The notes beneath the pieces were generated by a model. That model saw nothing but the letters and a program-made list of their open reading frames with translations, did not search any database and was not told the DNA's origin. A DNA stretch of 64,000 nucleotides from an uncultured Solirubrobacterales bacterium (lineage in GTDB: Bacteria > Actinomycetota > Thermoleophilia > Solirubrobacterales > Solirubrobacteraceae), in the NCBI GenBank assembly GCA_963743645.1, contig CAVUQT010000006.1, forward strand, positions 24,238 to 88,237, in the 5' to 3' direction. Within the stretch, counting starts at the first letter, position 1. Each line of letters begins with the position of its first letter. This document shows positions 59,652 to 64,000 of this stretch, piece by piece. A program made the translations under genes and the position numbers.

Positions 59652-60734
59652 TTATTCCGACAGTGTGCCGCCTGCCGGGCTGGGCTGCGTCCCACCCGGC
59701 GCCCGGGCCCCGCCCTGTGGCCCCGTCGGTGTCGCGGGGGTGGCGGGAGTGGTGCTCGCGGCCGGGTTCGCCGCGGGAGATCGTCCGCTGCGATCGGGTT
59801 GCGGCTTGACGGGACCTCTGCCGGAACGGACGCCGAAGAACGCCCAGGTGTCCTGCAGCCCCAGCCGCGCCGCCAGCTCCGGTCCGCCGACTCGGGTGCT
59901 GCCCGCCGAGCCGAGGATCGCGGCGGTCAGGATTCGAGGCGAGTAGCCGCGTGTGAGCACTTCGATGCCGCGGAATCCGCCCTTGACAAGCCCTCGCAGG
60001 CGGGCGGCGGCGGCGGCGAAGCTGAGGCTGAGCTTCCAGTCGAACTGCGAGCCCGAGTCGTAGGGGTCGGGCACGCCGCGCAGCCACGGCTGCGGTTCGG
60101 AGCCGGGGAACGCGTTCTGGACGTCCTCGGTCATCCCGCCGGAGCTGGCGAAGAAGTAGGTGATCGCCGGTCGGCCCGCATAGGTGACGATCTGCCCGGC
60201 GGTCGCGGCGACTGCGGCATTGGTCTGCGCCGTTTCGGCGGCGACGCCGCGATAGACCTGCGAGCGCGTGTCGGCGTACACGTCGAACTGCTGGCCGATC
60301 TTCGATCGGTCGCCGGCGTGTGCGGTCAGCGCGTAGGTACGGCTCGCCACCGCCTGCGCCTCGAGTGCCGCGAGCGGCCATTCGGCGGGGACCTCGGCTG
60401 AGACGACGCCGCGGACGTACCGTTCGAGCGGGATCCGTTGCACGTGCCCGCCGATCAGCACGCGTACGATCGCGCCGGCAGGCGCCTGCCCGATCGTGGT
60501 GGCGGTGTAGTAGTGACCCAGGATCGCCTGGTAGGTCCAACCGTGCCTGGCGTAGCCATACGCCCCGTCCTGGCTCATGCCGACGCCGTGGCCGTCGCCT
60601 GCGCCCGTGATCACGAGCGTCGCGGCGCGCGCGGGGGATATGGGGACGACCGAGAGGGCGAGCGCGGCGAGCGCGCTCGTCAGCAGGGCGGGTAGGCGTG
60701 GGGGGCGGTGATAGGTTGATCCGATGGCGAGCAT
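59652..60734 (-). CDS. SpoIID/LytB-domain secreted protein
   Basis: GHGVGMSQ, YVRGVV.AE, AQAVASRTYA and SQVY motifs. Start is uncertain. Confidence 0.88.
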   Translation of the reverse strand: MLAIGSTYHRPPRLPALLTSALAALALSVVPISPARAATLVITGAGDGHGVGMSQDGAYGYARHGWTYQAILGHYYTATTIGQAPAGAIVRVLIGGHVQRIPLERYVRGVVSAEVPAEWPLAALEAQAVASRTYALTAHAGDRSKIGQQFDVYADTRSQVYRGVAAETAQTNAAVAATAGQIVTYAGRPAITYFFASSGGMTEDVQNAFPGSEPQPWLRGVPDPYDSGSQFDWKLSLSFAAAAARLRGLVKGGFRGIEVLTRGYSPRILTAAILGSAGSTRVGGPELAARLGLQDTWAFFGVRSGRGPVKPQPDRSGRSPAANPAASTTPATPATPTGPQGGARAPGGTQPSPAGGTLSE

Positions 60735-60838
60735 CCGTGCTCAGAGCAACACAGCCGGTCAGCCGTGGTCGTGGTCGGTGGTCAGATGTCGTATGGGCTC
60801 TTTCTCGGACGTTGCGCTCGGCGCATGAGCGTTGCACG

Positions 60839-62305
60839 ATGACTGGCGCGGTCACCGAGCGAGCAGTCCTGGAGCAGGTTCCGAGGGGCCTGTACATCGG
60901 CGGCGAGTGGCGCGATGCGACGGGCGGTGGGACGCTGCCGGTCGAGGACCCCTCGACGGAGCGGACGCTGGTCGAGGTGGCCGACGGGCAGGTCGCCGAT
61001 GCGCTGGCGGCGTTGGGGGCGGCGGCGGACAAGCAGGCCGAGTGGGCCACGACCGCGCCGCGCGAGCGGGGGGAGGTGCTGCGCCGGGCCTATGAGGCGA
61101 TCGTCGCCCGCGCCGACGAGCTGGCGCTGCTGATGACGCTGGAGATGGGCAAGGCGCTGGCCGAGTCACGCGCCGAGATCGCCTATGCCGCCGAGTTCTT
61201 TCGCTGGTTCTCCGAGGAGGCCGTGCGCGTGCACGGCCGCTACATGGTCAACACGACGGGGGCCGGGCGCATCCTGACGATGCGCCAGCCGGTCGGCCCG
61301 TGCGTGTTCGTGACGCCGTGGAACTTCCCGACGGCGATGGGCACGCGCAAGATCGCCCCGGCCATCGCGGCGGGGTGCACGATGGTCGTCAAGCCCGCCC
61401 AGCAGACGCCGCTGTCGATGCTCGCGCTCGCGCAGATCCTCGAGCAGGCCGGGCTGCCGGGGGGAGTGCTGAACGTGATCACGGCTCGACACTCGGGCGC
61501 CGTGATCGAGCCGCTGCTGCGCGATGAGCGCACGCGCAAGCTGTCGTTCACGGGCTCGACCGAGGTCGGGCGCACGCTGATCCGGCAGTCCGCCGAGCAG
61601 GTCCTGCGCGTGTCGATGGAGCTGGGCGGCAACGCGCCGTTCATCGTGTTCGACGACGCCGATCTCGACGCGGCCGTCGAGGGCGCGATGACCGCGAAGA
61701 TGCGCAACGTCGGCGAGGCGTGCACCGCGGCCAATCGCTTTCACGTGCACGAGTCGGTCGCGGATGAGTTCGCGCGGCGTCTGGCTGAGCGGATGGGAGC
61801 GCTGACCGTTGGCCGGGGCACCGAGCCGGATGTGGACGTCGGCCCGCTGATCGACTCCGCGCAGCGGGGCAAGGTCGCGGAGCTCGTCGACGACGCCGTG
61901 GCGCGTGGCGCGCAGCTCGCGCTCGGCGGCAGCGCGCTGGCCGGAGGGGGCTACTTCTACGAGCCGACCGTCCTCACCGGGGTGCCCCCGGGCGCGCGCG
62001 TGCTGGCGGAGGAGATCTTCGGGCCGGTCGCCCCGATCGCGACGTTCTCGACCGAGGCCGAGGCGCTGGACGCGGCCAACCGGACCGAGTACGGGCTCGT
62101 CGCCTACGTCTACACGCGCGACCTGTCGCGCGCGCTGCGCGTGTGTGAGGGGATCGAGTCCGGCATGATCGGCCTCAACCAGGGGATCGTCTCCAATCCG
62201 GCCGCCCCGTTTGGCGGTGTCAAGCAGTCGGGGTTCGGGCGTGAGGGCGGGTTTGAGGGGATCGGGGAGTATCTGGAGACCAAGTACGTGGCCGTCGGGT
62301 TGTAG
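60839..62305 (+). CDS. gabD: NAD(P)-dependent succinate-semialdehyde dehydrogenase
   Basis: TPWNFP, RKIAPA, FTGSTEVG, ELGGNAP, GEACTA, EEIFGP and GGVKQSG motifs. Confidence 0.9.
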   Translation: MTGAVTERAVLEQVPRGLYIGGEWRDATGGGTLPVEDPSTERTLVEVADGQVADALAALGAAADKQAEWATTAPRERGEVLRRAYEAIVARADELALLMTLEMGKALAESRAEIAYAAEFFRWFSEEAVRVHGRYMVNTTGAGRILTMRQPVGPCVFVTPWNFPTAMGTRKIAPAIAAGCTMVVKPAQQTPLSMLALAQILEQAGLPGGVLNVITARHSGAVIEPLLRDERTRKLSFTGSTEVGRTLIRQSAEQVLRVSMELGGNAPFIVFDDADLDAAVEGAMTAKMRNVGEACTAANRFHVHESVADEFARRLAERMGALTVGRGTEPDVDVGPLIDSAQRGKVAELVDDAVARGAQLALGGSALAGGGYFYEPTVLTGVPPGARVLAEEIFGPVAPIATFSTEAEALDAANRTEYGLVAYVYTRDLSRALRVCEGIESGMIGLNQGIVSNPAAPFGGVKQSGFGREGGFEGIGEYLETKYVAVGL

Positions 62306-62400
62306 GGCAGGAGTCGCCGGGCTGATGTCGCCGGGCTGATATATCGCTGACGCGCCTACGCGGCGGCGCGCGAGCGCTTCACTGGGACGCTTCCCGACGC

Positions 62401-62649
62401 CTACTCCTCCTCCTCGTCAGGTCGCCCGCCGACGCTTCGAAGCATCATCGCCTCGGCCATGCGCAACAGCCCGATGGTGGTGTGAGGGCGCGCTTCGCTC
62501 GAGCGCACGGACACGCTGGAGCCATGCGGTCCGATGACCTCGACGATGGTGCAGACATCGCCGACCTCGCAATCGTCGCCGAAGCGGGATTCGAGCGCCT
62601 CCATCTGTTCGGCCACGACCCGGCCCATCTTCGACTGATCAAGCGTCAT
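62401..62649 (-). CDS. Small hypothetical protein
   Basis: RBS AAAGGAG before ATG 62649, 82 aa. Confidence 0.7.
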   Translation of the reverse strand: MTLDQSKMGRVVAEQMEALESRFGDDCEVGDVCTIVEVIGPHGSSVSVRSSEARPHTTIGLLRMAEAMMLRSVGGRPDEEEE

Positions 62650-62787
62650 CGGTGCTCCTTTCGGTTGGGTGGTCCGAGAGCTCGTCGTGCGGCGGATCGT
62701 ATGGTTGCGCAAAGGCAGGGCGATGCCCGCAGCGACGCCGGCGTCGAGGACGGGGCGGATGTTGCCGAGCGCGGCAGGGGCGGATCC

Positions 62788-62906
62788 GCAGCGGGCCCGG
62801 ACGCAGCAGCAGCGGGCCTGGCAGTAGCGGGCTCGGATGCCGCAGCGGGCCTGGCAGCAGCAGCGGGCCTGGCAGCAGCAGCGGGCCGGACGCAGCAGCG
62901 GGGCCC
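62788..62906. repeat. Degenerate GCAGCAGCGGGCC tandem repeats (intergenic)
   Basis: About 7 copies of GCAGCGGGCC-like cores downstream of the lipoprotein gene. Confidence 0.7.
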
Positions 62907-62916
62907 CGGTCGGGGA

Positions 62917-63627
62917 TCAGTGCCCGGCGTGCTGCAGCTGGCTGAGGTCGATCGCGTTTGCCGGAGCCGACAGCGGGACGGGCTGGTTCCAGTTGGTGAA
63001 GGTGACGTGCCCGGTTTCGGAGCCGCGCTTGACTATTTCGATCGGGTAGGGCTGACCGGTCGTGGCGACGAACAGGGAGCCGTTCTCGGCGGTGTCCTTG
63101 AGCTCGATGACAGGCTGCCCGGAGATGGTCGTGGTGGGACCCTTGGCGAGCGTGGTGTGGCCCGCGAGGGCCTGGTCGAGCAGCCGGCTGAGGTCCGTCA
63201 GCGAAGCGAGCGTCGCCAGTTCGCCGCTGGTGGCGGATGCCTTCAGCCACTTGCCCTGGAACAGCTGTGCGGCGGCGGGGCCGCCGAAGTGACTGTAGAA
63301 GGTGGGGTTGCCTTTGATGTAGGCGGTGCCGCCGACGACGATCAGTTCGAAGGACAGGCCCCCCTCGGAGAGCTGACCGCGGCCACCATGGCCGGCGACG
63401 AGATCCAGGTTGAGCGTGATCGGCGATCCGGCGCTGCTGAGCGCGCCCGCGACGTGCACGGAGCTCGCGCTGTCGGCGGCGGCCTTGGTCGCGGCGAGGA
63501 TCTCGCTGGGCGTTTTGGACGCGATCCCGTTGCCCGAAGAGGAGCTGCTGCCGCAGCCGGCGATCGCGACGGCGATCAGCGCCGGGAGCAGGACAGCGAG
63601 CAGGGGGCTGGTGGTGCGGCGGAGCAT
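62917..63627 (-). CDS. Lipoprotein (LppX/LprAFG/LolA-like)
   Basis: Lipobox IAGC, beta-rich body with GKWLK and FTNWNQPV...P. TACGCT lies 8 nt upstream. Confidence 0.75.
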   Translation of the reverse strand: MLRRTTSPLLAVLLPALIAVAIAGCGSSSSSGNGIASKTPSEILAATKAAADSASSVHVAGALSSAGSPITLNLDLVAGHGGRGQLSEGGLSFELIVVGGTAYIKGNPTFYSHFGGPAAAQLFQGKWLKASATSGELATLASLTDLSRLLDQALAGHTTLAKGPTTTISGQPVIELKDTAENGSLFVATTGQPYPIEIVKRGSETGHVTFTNWNQPVPLSAPANAIDLSQLQHAGH

Positions 63628-64000
63628 TGCGGCGCAGCGTAGCCGACCAGGTGGACGCCGGCCGCCTTCGGGAGCACCCGGAGACAGCCCAGCCCGCCGC
63701 CCGCGATCGTGAGATCGCAGGCTTGAGCATTTCAAATCCCACAATCTATTTCATGGCGTGCTCTATGCGCCGAAAGCGCGAGTGCGCGGCTCAAGTCCGA
63801 TGCGGGAGATGCCGAACGCGAGATTGGACCGGTGCGCGATGGAGCCCATAAGCAAATGAACGGTGCGATCCAGCTCGACACGAGGGCGCTTCGTGCGCGC
63901 GAAGCGGTCATTCGTCGTCTCCAGACGGGCGTACGCGCGTGGACCGGAGGGGTGGTTAGGAAACTGGAGAAGACGGGTAGGGTCGATCGGATGAACGTCG

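Noticed and set aside
62313-62340. 14-bp direct repeat after gabD
   Set aside because: A simple local duplication with no further structure.
63750-64000. Possible gene start at the right edge
   Set aside because: Too little sequence and no recognisable motif.

Overview
High-GC actinobacterial chromosomal DNA. Gene content and style suggest Thermoleophilia/Solirubrobacterales, which is an inference. The backbone is housekeeping: a TreT-like glycosyltransferase, sortase, thiL, infA, a class A PBP, envelope enzymes, pyrE, galT, an SF2 helicase, birA, ligD, a sirC-ccmABCD-hemA-hemC-cobA/hemD operon, rarA, a peptide ABC transporter with an M20 peptidase, an FtsH paralog, mce, ychF, a 5'-3' exonuclease, SpoIID and gabD. 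Accessory DNA comprises an IS1380 and a decayed island downstream of tRNA-Arg(CCT). The island holds hicAB, IS256, IS630, a 151-bp MITE with a 9-bp target duplication, a 3-TM protein plus micropeptide, a PD-(D/E)XK nuclease and a secreted protease. Two further toxin-antitoxin pairs lie elsewhere (Panacea/RelE-like and HTH-MNT/HEPN). The most unusual signal is at 40335-40477: six abutting PERFECT palindromes of 22-26 bp at about 24-bp periodicity. Each has different arms but a shared RCATGY core, and the array lies just upstream of the Panacea-type TA pair. Other leads are a catalytically degenerate, GPAA1-like M28 membrane protein next to a sortase and near a PIG-V-like mannosyltransferase; a Cys-less ALDH pseudo-enzyme; a REP-like hairpin family; and a hicA whose leaderless start codon reads GAG. 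Several single-base frameshifts (30-37 kb and 51.4 kb) look like sequencing errors and limit interpretation there.
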